From NCBI GenBank assembly GCA_951406725.2, contig OX597817.1, forward strand, positions 105,276,001 through 105,340,000: a stretch of DNA of 64,000 nucleotides, in the 5' to 3' direction. Numbering within the stretch: position 1 is the first letter of the stretch; every line of letters starts with the position of its first letter. Source of the stretch: Octopus vulgaris. Its lineage: Eukaryota. Shown in pieces: positions 43,501 to 57,405 of this stretch. The notes beneath the pieces were generated by a model. The model was not told the DNA's origin and ran no database searches. It worked only from the letters and a program-made list of their open reading frames with translations. A program made the translations under genes and the position numbers.

Positions 43501-44734
43501 TATTCGTGTTCGTCCGTCGGAGCGACGAAGATCATCAAGTCATCTTAAAGATGACTGATGGTTTGTGCATTGATTGTTTAAAGTGAGGAAGAATTGCGCA
43601 CTGTCAGCCTCGTTCTCTCGTCCGTGACCATATTCAATTCTGTGTGAGAAGACCATGTCAAGGTGAATGAGGATAGAGACAGATGCAGTGGATGACCAAG
43701 ATGTCTTACAGCCGTCTCTTTCAATCTGGTAAAATAAAAGTTGACAGGTCAGCCTACTAATGAAATACAAAAGTTACAATAATCTAGGACAGTTGTAACT
43801 GCCTCTCTTAAAAAAGCATCGAAACTTCTGGAATATGCCTTGTATGTAACCACTAGCAGGTTTAGTCATGTATCGGATATGTGCGCTAGTCGTGTTTGAT
43901 GTTTAAAACAAAAACTGAACTATTTGTATCGAGTATCGCATTCTCTCTATCCAAGAAATTAACTAAATTATTTTGAAGCAAATCAAAACATCATTGTTGA
44001 CATGGAGTTAATAGTTTACGACAATGGTTGTCAATCTTTTTTTACTTCGTGTCGCGTTGGAAGTTACAAAAAAAAAAAAAAAGAAACGATTGGCACATTT
44101 CGTAAAGAAAGTTGAAGACTAGTGGTGCTCTTCATATAGAAAGTCAGGAAAAAAAAAAGAAGAACGATTATTGTTTGAAGTTAATCATTAAAAAAATATA
44201 TAAAAACCCAACTGCTTACTTTGTTACTTTGTATATAGCAAGCTCATTTACTAGGCTGTATGGAAAAAAACATTTATGGTATTCATTTGCTTCTAGCTGA
44301 TCTGAGAATAGCAAATGAAGAGACACATGGATTTGGTAAAAGTACAATCAAAGGATTTCCTGTCATGACCATCCTGTTTGAGTGTATCTTTAACTACATT
44401 TCTCAGTGCCTCCTAGCTCTTTTCGTAAATGTTGGATACGATTTTTTGGGAAATCGAGCTGATATTTCTTGCAGGTCGAATAATTGTCATAATGCTTTAC
44501 GTATTAAAGAAGGGACAAACGGAGTGTTGTTATATGATCATAATTAAAATCGGCGTATTATCGACACATCGCGATCTATATAGTTTTATGAGTTCAAGAT
44601 GCAAGATACATTTTTTAAAATTATCATTAATTTTTAAAATTCGTGTCTTTTATTTTTAAAGGAATTAAGTGTAATTGTAAACAAAAGCCTCAGTAGCAGC
44701 TGAAAAAATACGAAAGCATATTGACTTGATGCTA

Positions 44735-45140
44735 AAATGCTTTGCGGCATTTCTTTCGGCTCTTTACGTTCTGAGTTCAAATTCCGCCGAGGTCAACTTT
44801 GCCCTTTATCCTTTCGGGGTCGATAAATTAAGTACCAGTGAAACACTGGCGTCGATCTAATCGACTCCCCCACCCCAAATTTCGGGGCTTGTGCTTAGAG
44901 TAGAAAAGTATATTATTGCAAAGTGGAGGCGCGTAGCTCATTGGTTAGGGTGTTGCACTAATGATCGTAAGATTGCGCTTTCGATTCCTGGTCCAAGTGA
45001 TGCGTTATGTTCTTTAGTAAAGCACTTCATTTCACGTTGTTCCAGTCCACTCAGTTGGCAAAAGTGAGTAACCCTGCGACGGATCGACGTCCAGTCCATA
45101 GAAGGCATATACACGCTATAGTATCTGGAAAGCTGGCCTT
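44735..45140 (+). mobile_element. SINE family B copy followed by a third tRNA-derived SINE (family C)
   Basis: SINE B body at 44735-44910, then ggaggcgcgtagctcattggttaggg..ttcgattcc. A similar head starts at the window end (63987). Confidence 0.7.
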
Positions 45141-46119
45141 ATCATCCGATGGGCTCGGAAAAGACCTTTGATTTTTTTCCCTCGATATTATTGCAAAACT
45201 GCGGAAATGTATTTGAAATTGTTTATTTGTAACACAAAGCAAATTTGTGAACAAAAAAAAAGAAGTTTTTTTTTGTTTCGTGATTTGATGATAATATTTT
45301 TGCTTACGTAATTATTGCGTGTGTGTAACTTCAAACAACTGACTGTTAGCTCTGACTCTCACTCTTGGCTGGGCTGTTCACGACAGTTGTTAACAACCTC
45401 AATCGACAGTGAAACTCAAGAGTAGACTGCCAACTTTTGATATAATAAACATATCTATTCACTCTACCCAATGTACTGAGGCCTATATCTGATAAATATT
45501 TGCATTATGTAAAATATATTTTAACATATTTTATACTTTTGCATTACCACACACACACACGAGTCGCTTACATTTAAATAGGTTAATAGAAGCCGCAATA
45601 TTGTTACTGCGTGTGCAATATAAGAGCATAGACTATTTTTCGATCAGTTATAGGAAGTGAAGTTCCCTGTAAATGTAGTTCTAGATAGGTTTGAACAATT
45701 ATTGCTTTGTGTATTGTCTGAGATCAAGGACACAATATAAGTGGCAAGATAGTTTTGATGCTTAGTTGAGATAGTGTTGTATTCGGGCGTTCAGTATCAA
45801 CTTTTAACATTTCCAAACGAATATTCCGAAATTTCTCGAAATTAGGTGTTTACTACGCCAATAAAGATATAAAATTATATTGTTTTTAAAAGTTTAACTC
45901 ATTCACTACAAAATTAAATTTTATGATTATTCCAGAAACGATATCTATCAAAAAAACAAAACAAAAAAAAAACAAAAAAAAACCCAGATTTAGTATTGTC
46001 TGCAGGTCACGTTAATCCGATAAACTTGACACATCTCAGCGAAAAAATAGTATCAAACACGACATTCCTCAACAAAAGACTGATTGGTATATAAAACTGT
46101 TTTCTGCAGTAAAGAGTAA

Positions 46120-46350
46120 GCTGGCGAGCTGGCAGAAACGTTAACACGCCGGGCGAAATGCTTTGCGGTATTTCGTCTGCCGCTACGTTCTGAGTTCAAA
46201 TTCCGCCGAGTTTGACTATGCTTTTCATCCTTTCGGGGTCGATAAATTAAGTACCAGTCACACACTGGGGTCGATATCATCGACTTAATCCCTTTGTATG
46301 TCCTTGTTTGTCTCCTCTATGTTTAGCACCTTGTGGGCAATAAAGAAATA
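46120..46350 (+). mobile_element. SINE family B, full length
   Basis: Matches 24015-24245 in reverse complement. Confidence 0.9.
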
Positions 46351-47654
46351 AGAATCGTTAGCATGTCGGGCAAAAAGTCACGCGATATTTTTTCTGGCTC
46401 TATACGTTCTGAATTCAAATGCCGCCGATATCGATTTTCCTTCTTTCGTGGTCGATAAAATAAGCACAACTGAACTCGGATGGATGTAATCCTCTAAGTT
46501 TGAAAATAAGAAACAAAGTTCCTCATCTGTTCTAAATTCAAGTGCAGGAGAAAAGCCTCCTAGGAAAAAGCCACACGGTTATAATTTTCTATTATTTTTT
46601 TATTGCTTCACCTTTGACTTATTTCAGTCATTAGACTGAGGCCATGCTGTAGCATCGCCTTGAAGAATTTTTAGTTGAACGTATCAACACCAGATTTTTT
46701 TTTCCTTTTACTTGTTGCAGTTATTAAACTGCGGCCACGCTGGGGCACCACCTTAAAGAATTTTTAGTCGAATGTATCGACCCCAGAATTTTTTTTAATG
46801 ATTTTCAACCGCCTCATGAAATTAAGCCTAGAAGGTATCTCCACATGCTAGAAATCACAGCCAAATCTCTTGAATTTTTTTATAAGCCCCTCGGTTTTTT
46901 TTTTATTTTCTAAAAGTTATTTTACTTGTTTCAGTCATTGGACTGCGGCAATACTGGGGCACCAGCTTGAAGAATTTTTGGCCGCAGAAAAATCAGCATT
47001 TTAAAATATATATTCAAAGTCTTCTCTTTTCTTCTCTCAGCACTTACAGATTAATGAGAATCAGTTGACCTTTTGAACTTTCTCCCGCCGTTGAAGGTCT
47101 AACAGAATTATGGCGCCGAAGGCTAGTCATTCAAATGTACTTATCGTTTTTATGTTTCTACACATTTCCTGAAGTAAACGCTTTCCCTTTTGTTAGAATT
47201 CAGACAATACGTACATTGAGTAGTAAAGAGTCTTGTGTTCTGTTATTCTATCATTGATGTTAAGGTTGACTAATTTTCATTTTTAAACTTTAAAATTATT
47301 CTAAAAACGAAGAAAATATTTGAAACACACGGAACATACCATTGTGAAGAACAATAGATGTTCTGACACCGTATTTCGATTGAATATATTTTGTTCACTT
47401 AAAAATTGGAATTTTGGAAAATAATTTTTTTTTACAACCGCGATTTCCGTTTCCATTTTTGTGAAATTATAAAAAATCGCCAGCTTATCGGACGAAATGC
47501 TTAGCATATGTATCTACACATGTATCTACATGTGTATGGTGTGTGTGCTTGTCTGTCCGTATTACCTATGTACTTATCTACATATTTTTTATTTATTTAT
47601 TTATCTAGTTTCAGCTCACAAGCTACTTACATATCCATTTATCTACTTATATAG

Positions 47655-47756
<102 letters not shown>

Positions 47757-48039
47757 TAACATAACACACATCTGAATATGGCTAGGGACAGGGCAGGGTG
47801 GTGGGGTGTTACTGTTATTAGCCCCAGGCGAACATCGACGTCACCAGAAAGGCTCGACATCACGGTTGTCCCTAGCCATATATATATATATATATATACG
47901 TCTACATAATAACCTACTAACAAATCTACCTGCGTATGTATAAACTGTAGGTATTGGGGTATCACTACCTTCTATGTATATCTCCTATTTAGTACTGGGG
48001 ATGTTTCCTTTATGAGAACGTACATCTGTTATTATCTGA

Positions 48040-49720
48040 GTGTTGGGTGCTTGGATAAAATGCGGGTGTCAAGTCGACCCAGTACGGTTCCATGTTCATC
48101 TTTGGCATGTTGGTAGAGTGTGAAAGACTGTTTTTTGTCTTTCCGCAATGTTTCTAGATGTCTCACCAATGTATGTCATATTCTTGTCTTTACAAGCACC
48201 TTATGCTGTAGACTACATTTCTAGTTCTACATTTAATGCCAGGGTTAATCTTATATACCATGCAATTCTCATTGGTGCATGTTGTATTCTCAAAGGGGTA
48301 CGTCCTACATAATTGTGATCTAATGGGACTCCCTGACTTTTCAACCATCTTAATATTGAGTTTGGCCTCCTTCAAAGCTATCCTAAATTTTCGGGCTAGT
48401 TCTCCATGGGCTGTGGCTTTTACAAACATCACTCCTTGATATTTGTCGGCCTTGTACAAAGTGTTCGTCCTGTTTGATTTGTTACAAACCCTCTGTATCC
48501 TATTCCAGTCTTTACTTCTGTATCTAGAGCAGGTACCACTGGTTTAATTACATATAATGCTAACTTCTTTCTAGCTCCCCTGTAAACCCGAGCCCTATCT
48601 TTCTGCTCATATCCAGAGAATTACATGCGGCGCATGAAGTTCTGTATATGTTTCTTTGTTTCATAGGGTTCGCATGGGGTTGTGGCACGTTGTTCATTAT
48701 CCTAAGAATGCTATCATGTTGATTTTCATGTTGTGTGACAAAGCTGAGTTCTTGTGAACAACATATTTAGAAGCTATGGGTTTCATGTAATAGGAATGGA
48801 GGGGCTGCACTCCGTTGTTCACTGTCTCTAACCAAAGTTCAGTATCAAGAACAGGGAGTCTATTGTTAGGTTGCCTAGTGGGGTAATCTATAGTTACCTT
48901 GATACTTTGGTGGATGGAGTCAGCTATGAGTTGGATGTTCTCCATTATGCTCCTCTCTGTTTCTACATTACTGTTACTAGAGTTTGTCCTAACTAAAATA
49001 TTGTCATCTACATACCTACAGTAAAGCAACACAGTTGTGTACTGTTCAGCTAAGGATTGCTTAAGTGTTCTGTCCCATCACGTCATGAAGAAAACCGTCA
49101 CATCTCCAGTCACACCGACACCAATGGCTGCACCTTGAACTTGCATCTATAGTTTCCTTTTAAACTTTACTATGTTGTCCTTCAAGGCAGTTCTTATTGC
49201 ATGTGCAATCATTCTTTTCCCCTGACTGTTGTTCTCAGGGCCCTGGGTGGGTATGGTCCAGCCACTCTAGCACTCTGCGGTGCTTTTCTTCACTGCCGAG
49301 GTGATGGTGTGTGGCCTTCTTCTCTGTGACCTGGTGGGGCAGAATCCACTAAGGTCATGCTTGTCTAGGTAGTTACAGTCATAGCTTAGTTTAAGGAGGA
49401 GGCCCAGTTCCCTCGTATGACTTTGCCGGACTCTACCTCACTCACACAAATAATCCCAATGTATTTTTCTACAGCAAAATCTATGTCTATAGATAGGCAG
49501 ATTGAAACTACATCCATACTACCCACTACACAACCTGTGAGGTCGTTGGAGTGGTTTAACTACTGATTCTATTGAGGAGATGCTCCGTCCTCACACAGAC
49601 ATCCAGGGACATTTCAATGAGTGGTCGGTCGTAAGACCTGTGAGAAGAAGTAGAATAGCCTGTAAATGCTGGAGATATTCGCTCCGCAAACTGGCTGGGT
49701 TGGGGGCCCCATAACAGGGT
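48040..49720 (-). pseudogene. Degenerate divergent Penelope-like element (RT + GIY-YIG)
   Basis: YCRYVDD, LPVLDTELW, YYMKPIAS, CRTRNVVYSIRC and YIGETSR. Many stops and frameshifts. Confidence 0.75.
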
Positions 49721-50048
49721 TTACGCAGGGTTTTTGGTCTTTACATAACCCGTATAGCGTAGGAATATCGTTGTTGAATGCTTGGAAATTTTGTGCAGTC
49801 TGATTCTTGGGTTTGAGTATGTTGCATCACATACAAACATACACATATATATTTGCATACACACACACGCACACATGGATACATACATACATACATACAT
49901 ACATACATACATACATACGTACATACATGCATACATACACACACATGCACACTGACGCACAAACAAGCGGACAAACAAACAAAAACGGACAGAGTCAACG
50001 ACTATTGAAAATGTTGCAAGAAGCAACGAAAATTTTAGAAAAAATAAA

Positions 50049-50431
50049 TCTCTCTCTATATAAACGGCAGTTTGTCTGTGCGTTTTCTGTGTGTCTGTTT
50101 TCTCGTACCCTCACTCTGACCACGGCTTTCAACCGATTCTGATGAAACTTGATACACACATAGCCCAATGTCATAATTCAAAACTAACGCAGCGAAAATT
50201 TTGAAAAGTTCCCCCAGTTCTGAAAAAGATCGATAAATTCGACATGGGGTCGAGAAAAAGAAACCCAAACCACAGACCGTCTAGGGGACGCAACTCCACC
50301 TTTTTTAACTCTAAAAAAAATTTACCATCATTTTTTTCCCATTTTTTTGCAATTTTTTGGCTATAACTCTCTAAAAATACTTTATAGTTATTTCCCTTAC
50401 AAACCTGAGCAACGCCGGGCGATACTGCTAG
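50049..50431 (+). mobile_element. Non-autonomous Helitron
   Basis: A|TC start, subterminal hairpin cctgagcaacgccggg, CTAG|T end, no TSD. Confidence 0.7.
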
Positions 50432-50576
50432 TAAGTAAATAAGTGTAAATGAGTGTTAATTAATAGGGCATTAAAACCAGACTGAATGTCCCCAGACACA
50501 ATAAAATATGCTTCAACACACGAATTCACATGAATCTTGAAACCAAATACAAAAGCGGAATATCTATCTATCTATC

Positions 50577-50610
<34 letters not shown>

Positions 50611-50619
50611 GCTATATAT

Positions 50620-50775
50620 ATACGACGGGTTTCGTTCAGTTTCTGCCTACCATATTCATTCACAGGCTTTTGGTCAGGCCGACGTTAAACTAGAAAACAG
50701 TTGCCTAAGGTGCCACACAGTGGGACTGAACCTGGAACTATGTTGTTGTGAAACAAACTTCTTACCACACAGCCT
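50620..50775 (-). mobile_element. SINE family A 5' part, diverged
   Basis: gtgccacacagtgggactgaacc..cttaccacacagcc. Confidence 0.7.
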
Positions 50776-52075
50776 CAGGATATGCGTTGTGCAACCTGTT
50801 CAAGATTTGATCTTTTCTTTTCTTTTGTGTTTATATTACAAAAGTTTACAGCAAATTATGACTCGATTATATCATGCATGATATTACAAATAAAGAAAAA
50901 TCAGCTATAGTTAATCAATTTAAGAATTAATTATTTAGATTTGACGAATTTTTAACGAATTCATGCATACAAGCTTAAATAACACAGAAGCTTCGATACT
51001 TTCGCATTATCTCGCCATCTGTCAACAACCACAATATTTCATAACAGAAAATTTACCCCTCCCCTATGACTCATAATTGTAATTATTGAGTGAGCTTAAT
51101 ATTTGTGATAAAGAATATGCTGTCTTTTGTTATTTGTACAGCATACAGCTAACATACCCAGAACATACGTCCCTGCTAAAATTTTGTTTCCTTTTTTCAT
51201 TTCTCGGTATCTTCTTGCCGCCATAGAGATCAAAGGTCATGCACTCATTTAACTAAGTCATATGATATCAATTTCGTACTTAATAAACTCAACATTAATT
51301 ATTTTATTACATTTGTTAACTCATCTTTAAATGATTTTCATACGTCGAACAGATTTAAAGATATAAACAGCTTCAATAATATAAGCTGAAATGTTTAGTT
51401 TATTGACATAAAATATAATTATATTATTCATACGGTTTATACCGGATTTCAAACAGGCCAGCAAATCAAGATGATGTATCATTTTAGTTCCTGCTTACAC
51501 ATCAGATACAACAGGAATAGGAGCGGTTTGGCAAAAAAAAAAAAATATATATATATATATATATGACAAGCAGCAAAAAGTAAGCTATGGTGTCTTCAAT
51601 TGGTCAACTCATAAATTGATCACATCATGGTATTCTAATCGATTTTATTTATTTATTTATTTATTTATTCAAAAGCAGTCTTTATCCGGATGGATATATT
51701 TTCAGATTAGACCACATTCATGCTGCCAAAAAAAAAAAAAAAAAATCAAAAAGGAAGAAACAAAATTTCTTCAGAATTAAAAATGTTAATCCATTGTATG
51801 TTTCTATAAGACAAAATTCGCGTTTGCTGCTGTTGCGGTTGTTGTTTTTGTTGCTGTTGTTAAGCCACAGAAACCAGTACTAAACAAGAGGTCCTACGAT
51901 AAAAGGCCTTCTAGCTGTCTCATCGTTTTAGACACAGCTTTAAAAAAGGTAGAGTGAAATTGGAAAACGTTTTGTTGGCTATTTTAAAAAGGTCTAACGA
52001 TTTAAATCTGTGTTTCCCACGGCAGAAAAATCTAGGAGACATTGAAGAAAGTGTGCATGTATACATATGTATGTA

Positions 52076-53810
52076 CAGTAGACTTCGAATATAACGGACA
52101 ATCGCTTATAAGTGACAAAATAGTCCGGTCCGGATTTTCGTAATAGAAATTTCATATAGATTTCGGTTCCTATAACGGACTCGGATATAACTGAGATTCA
52201 CTCATAACGGACGATTTTTCTCGACCCAAATGGTCAAAAACAATGTAAATTTCCTCGGTTATTTTTTCACTGATAAATGTTTGTTTTAAGCAAGGTTTTG
52301 ACTTATTTCTAGCAAATCTAGTTGGTTTGCTCGTAGCTTTTAAATATTTAATTTGCTCGTGTATGTTTTAATATTTTACACTGTTTACTTTGCTCCTGCA
52401 TATTTTAATGTTTTAACTGTTATCTCTAATGCTTTTACATGCCCCCCACCATCTTTTTGCTACTGTGACAGACAATAGAAGAGGCAATGAACGCGCTGCT
52501 TTCTGATTGACTGAAAATTCTGAAATCTATCAAACTTTGAACACCTGTAACATTTTCGCAATTTTTTTCTGGAATAGATGAATAACAAATTCAGATTCAG
52601 CGTCACAAATTACATCTAAATGCTACATTAAAGAATATTTTTTGAAGATTTCCACTTGCAGTGACGAAAACCACAAAGATCCATACGTTTTTGTCACGTT
52701 CCCGTCCTTTTGTTGTGCGAATTTGTATTTTTTCATGTTGAACTTTCCATTTCCATTCAAACGGAAAAGGAGTGCTCTAACACCGATAAAAAGTTGGAAA
52801 TTTTAGAATACTGTGACAAAAATAGCTCGATGAAAAAGACAGCTATCGCCTCACACTTTGAAATTCCAAAGCAGACACTTAGTGACATTATTAAAAACAA
52901 GAACAAAATTAGAGAGAAATCGAGAAAGAAGGACGCGAGACCAGACACTTCTAGAAAGCGAATCCGCGCGACAAATTATGATGATGTAGACCAGGTGCTC
53001 ATTATTTGGTTCAGACAATATTACTCCAAGCCGAATTTATGGATTGACGGGGAAATGCTGATACAGAAAACTGCATATTTTGCGAAGGAATTCAACTGTG
53101 AAACCATGCCGAGTACTGTATGGAATGAAAGGTGGAAGAAACGCTGGAATGTAGGAAAGGTCCTGAATTCAGGTGAATCCGGAGGTGTGGACTTGGATAT
53201 GGTTAAGGAATGGAGAGAAGGTGTGACGAACGACGTTCTGACACGCTATCAAGAACGTAACATATTCAATTGTGACGAAACTGGTCTATTTTGGCAAATG
53301 TTACCTGAGAGAAGCCTCGAGTTTATTGGTGAACAGAATAAAGGGAAAAAAAACCAACCCCAAACGAGAATAACTTTACTGGTCGTCTCCAACATGGACG
53401 GGTCTGAAAAATGCAGCTTCTCGCAATAGGTAAAAGTACAAAACTGCGTGCGTTCAAAAATCCTTCTATTATGCACCAGGCGTATAAAAAAGCTTGCATG
53501 CGTAGTGACATTTTCGAATCTGAGATGAGAAATTTTAACCGTCGCATGAGAAACGAAAATCGAAAAGTTGCTATGATCGTCGACAACTGCTCAGCCCATC
53601 CACAAATTGAACTGGAAAATGTCGAGCTGATCTTCTTCCCTCCAAATACCATGTCTGTAATGCAATCTATGGACGCAGGAACTATAAAGAACTTGAAATT
53701 CCACTACAGAAGAATATTAACTGGCCGACGACTAGTAGCCGCTGAAAACAATCAAGATTTCAAATAGAACATTTTGGATTATTTACTAGCTGTGAAATCC
53801 AGCTGAACGA
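52076..53810 (+). mobile_element. Tigger/pogo DNA transposon, 3'-truncated, with frameshifted transposase (52710-53429 + 53411-53767)
   Basis: TA|CAGTAGACTTCGAATATAAC end. CENP-B-type HTH, FNCDETGLFW, DGSEK, VDNCSAHP, FFPPNT..QSMDAG. Confidence 0.9.
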
Positions 53811-54089
53811 TGTCACAGACTTGGAAATTTGAAAATTAAGTGAAAATTCAAATTTGCTTTATTGATGTAATTAATCACGCTGAATCTGATTTTGATACAT
53901 CTATTCCAGAAAAATGTTAGTAAAATGTTACAGAGATTTAAAGTTTGGCGATTTTTTCCCCAATCAGAAAACAGGATTTGGCAGCTAGTGTTTTCTGTGT
54001 GGTAGCTGTCTATTACAATATGAAAATAAAAACATGACGATGGAAGCTGTAAGAAGTTTTCATAAGTTTTAATGGAGTCAGTCCATTTT

Positions 54090-54207
54090 TTGAAGTCAGT
54101 CACGTGTCTGTCTAATTAAATTATTTACATGCCTATTCGACCACTTCAAAGAATGGTCGAATAGGCATGTAAATAATTTAATTAGATGGATACGTGACTG
54201 ACTTCAA
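54090..54207. repeat. Hairpin with 54-bp arms and 10-nt loop
   Basis: ttgaagtcagtcacgt..gcctattcgacca-cttcaaagaa-tggtcgaataggc..acgtgactgacttcaa. Confidence 0.9.
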
Positions 54208-55610
54208 TTACATGTCATTTCAAGAGAGAGAGAGTGGGAAATAGCATGTTTGAGAGATATACATATAACAGAAAGTGGGAGGAAGAGAGTTTGGTAAATA
54301 TATACATACAGGGGGAAAGTTTACAATGAGAAAAGCATAAAAGACAGAGAGCCAGACTGACCGATAGACAGATAGGCATAAATACATTTTTTTGTTTACA
54401 AATAACCAAAATCCTTCCTCTTAGGACGCAGATATCGAAAATCAATTCCATTTTTCTATAAGACTCACTGTTTCGAAACCTTTCTGTCACACACACACGT
54501 ATCTGCATGTATATACGGGTTCACCTATATACGGGTTCACCATTTGTTACAATTAAGAATGCACATCCCCTCGGGTATGAAAATGAAGACAAATCACATC
54601 AATATATTTATTTCTACATAAAATACCAGTCTGGGTGACTTTTCGATATTAGTAATGAGGAAACAAAAATAGTGCAGGAAGAACTAGTTTTACTTTAAAA
54701 TGACTTTGAACTGAGACCAAAGTTCAAAAATTCTTATCAGGATTTTTGATTGTACAAGGACATTTCTGACTGCTACTTTGCACTGTGGAACAAAGTCAAG
54801 ATATACTTTATTGTCTTCTCAACACCATAATTAAGACAGCAATCTAAGTAAAGCAAAGCAGACTGAAAATCACAGAACGCAGAAATCTGAGACTATGTCG
54901 AGAAGCTGATATCCTTGCACAAAGTACAGCAGATCTATTGTATTAAAATATGATAACAACGTAATTACAGGTGAGATGTAAATCTCTTTCGTATAGTAAA
55001 AACAGCAAAATAATGAGTTAACTGAGTTGTTTTGAATTTGCTGTGGAAAGAGCTCTATGCTTGTGGTGGTGCATGAGAGAGTGCTTGGAATGTAGCGTAG
55101 TAGCCTAGGGGACGGTAGTTTGAAAACGATAAGGAACCGCTGATTTAAACGACTACCAAGACGGTGCCTGGCAGGTGTTTCATTATTTGATACTTTCTAC
55201 TTTAATTATAGACCGATATTTAAGTTTGTTGATACGGTAGTGCATCGGATAAATGTTATTTAGTATAGGATTATTCTTCAACATTCTCAGTTCACCTGCC
55301 GCATGGAATGCAGATTGGCACACATATCTACGGTTAAATCAGCAATACTTTCTCCTTTACAAATAAGATTACCTCGTCGTAGACAAATATCTCATCAGCA
55401 CTTATCGTAAATCAGGTTTGAATGTTACTATATATTCATTATGGTTATGTAATAACCCACGTATATAATAAACATGATATGTAATAACAAGAAGGAGCCA
55501 AGCAGTTAATTTCATGTGCAGCAACAGTATATGTATATACGTAGGTACGAAGGTAGGGAGGTAGGTAAGTATGGATATATATGTGTGTGCGCGTATGTGT
55601 GTATGCACAA

Positions 55611-55652
55611 TTCGCTGAGGAGGTCTAATATGATCGAAACATGTGCAGCGGA
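55611..55652 (+). ncRNA. Hammerhead-like motif with impaired cleavage site
   Basis: CTGAGGA-GGTC-taatat-GATC-GAAACATGT-gcagcgg. A related decayed copy lies at ~4262-4287. Confidence 0.5.
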
Positions 55653-55835
55653 GTCACTGTAACTACCAATGATTAGACTTCTTTCCACATACACGCATTT
55701 AACTTTAAATCACTTTAGACTTCAAGGTTCACTCCCTTGTTTCTCTCGAGAAGAACTATAATTAATGCCAATATTTCTTCTCCGTTACTGGGTGTAATTA
55801 AACATTTTAGTTAACTTGATGAAGTAGATTAGAGG

Positions 55836-55874
<39 letters not shown>

Positions 55875-57338
55875 TGTATGTATGTATGTATATACATAAG
55901 CACACACACACGCGCACACACATACACATATATACATATGTATATATATATATATAGATATGTGTGTCTGTGTGTGTGTGTGCGCGCGCCTGTGTGTTAT
56001 GAAATACCTTGAATATCTTGCATAGCTATCTTAGATTTTGACATAAGTTGTGTACGGAAGGTATCTTTATTTCCAACAGCATCTATGTGTGTGTATGTGT
56101 GTATGTGTGCATATATGTATGTGTATATATATGTGTGTGTGTTTGTGTGTTTCATTGAAAATCAGCGCGCTCAAGTTTCCGTCTATTTCAACGCAATTTC
56201 ATTTCTTATTACTAATGCTTTACGTTCTCTGTTTCAAACAATAATTTCTTATGTCTAATAACATTTGTAGACCTCTGTTTTATTTTCTGGATGTGGTCGG
56301 TGTTGTTTTTCGCTCCAGGTCAGACATAGACTTGCTTTCTTCTGAACCATGTTCAGTAGATTACAGGTAGGTTCTTTTTTATAATCCGAGTGCCTATGTA
56401 ATATCTCCTTCGGTTAGTTTATGATTAGGTATAACGTTCGTTCACTAAATTGCTCGAAAGACTGTTATAGACTTTAATTTTTTTACTTTCTCTTTGTAAA
56501 ACATCTTTTCGGAATGGAAATCCGAAGCTCTTTTTAGTAAGGATTTTCTAACTGATATTTTGTAGCTATGTAGCTATTTCTGTGTATATATATAGACATT
56601 TGTTGGCAGTGACGTATGGTAGTTGTTGCCACGAGTATGTTACTGTGCTGAAATAACTATTCAGGAATATGAATTAACATGCAAACTTTATATTATACGG
56701 CTCCAGCTTGATTTAGTTTCTATATCTTTAGTGTGTATTTTTAGATTTGAAACAAGTCACCACCAGATTATATCATGATACTGCAAGAAAAAATTATTAC
56801 AAAATGTTTAACATATTTGGTGTTCTTAATTAGCTCAGGAATCAGACAAAATCCTCATGATTAATATTAATGCTTTTTCTGCAGTACATTGTATGCAGTG
56901 GACATTGCTAAACACGACCATATATGTATCTTTTCTATTATACATTTATGCAAATTTTGCTTTGGTTGATGTGATAGATTGCACTTTGTTATATTCTATT
57001 CTTAAATTAGTATCCTATTTCAAACTAGAATTCACAAACAATATGCTATCGAATAACTGTACAAATACAATCGAAAGAGACCTGAATTCTGTTAACATGT
57101 GAAAGTACCAAATGTACAAAAAGCAAAAAAGTAGAAGACAGAGACAGGTGAAGGAACAACAAACAATGTGTATTAGTTTGACACTCACGGAAAATGGAAA
57201 AGTCTCAGACGTTGCGAGCGTATGCTTTCCGATAGAAAGGAATTAGGAAAGAAAATGGAGAAAGAAAAAAAATATCTGTCTGAATTAATAGTTTCACATG
57301 TCGAAATGACTGGTTTTATACATGTGTACACACATGCG

Positions 57339-57400
<62 letters not shown>

Positions 57401-57405
<5 letters not shown>

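Noticed and set aside
44925-45000. tRNA gene
   Set aside because: A/B-box-like head without a proper cloverleaf, continuing into a SINE body.
52710-53767. Domesticated TIGD/CENP-B host gene
   Set aside because: Frameshift, premature stop and a retained TIR indicate a dead transposon.
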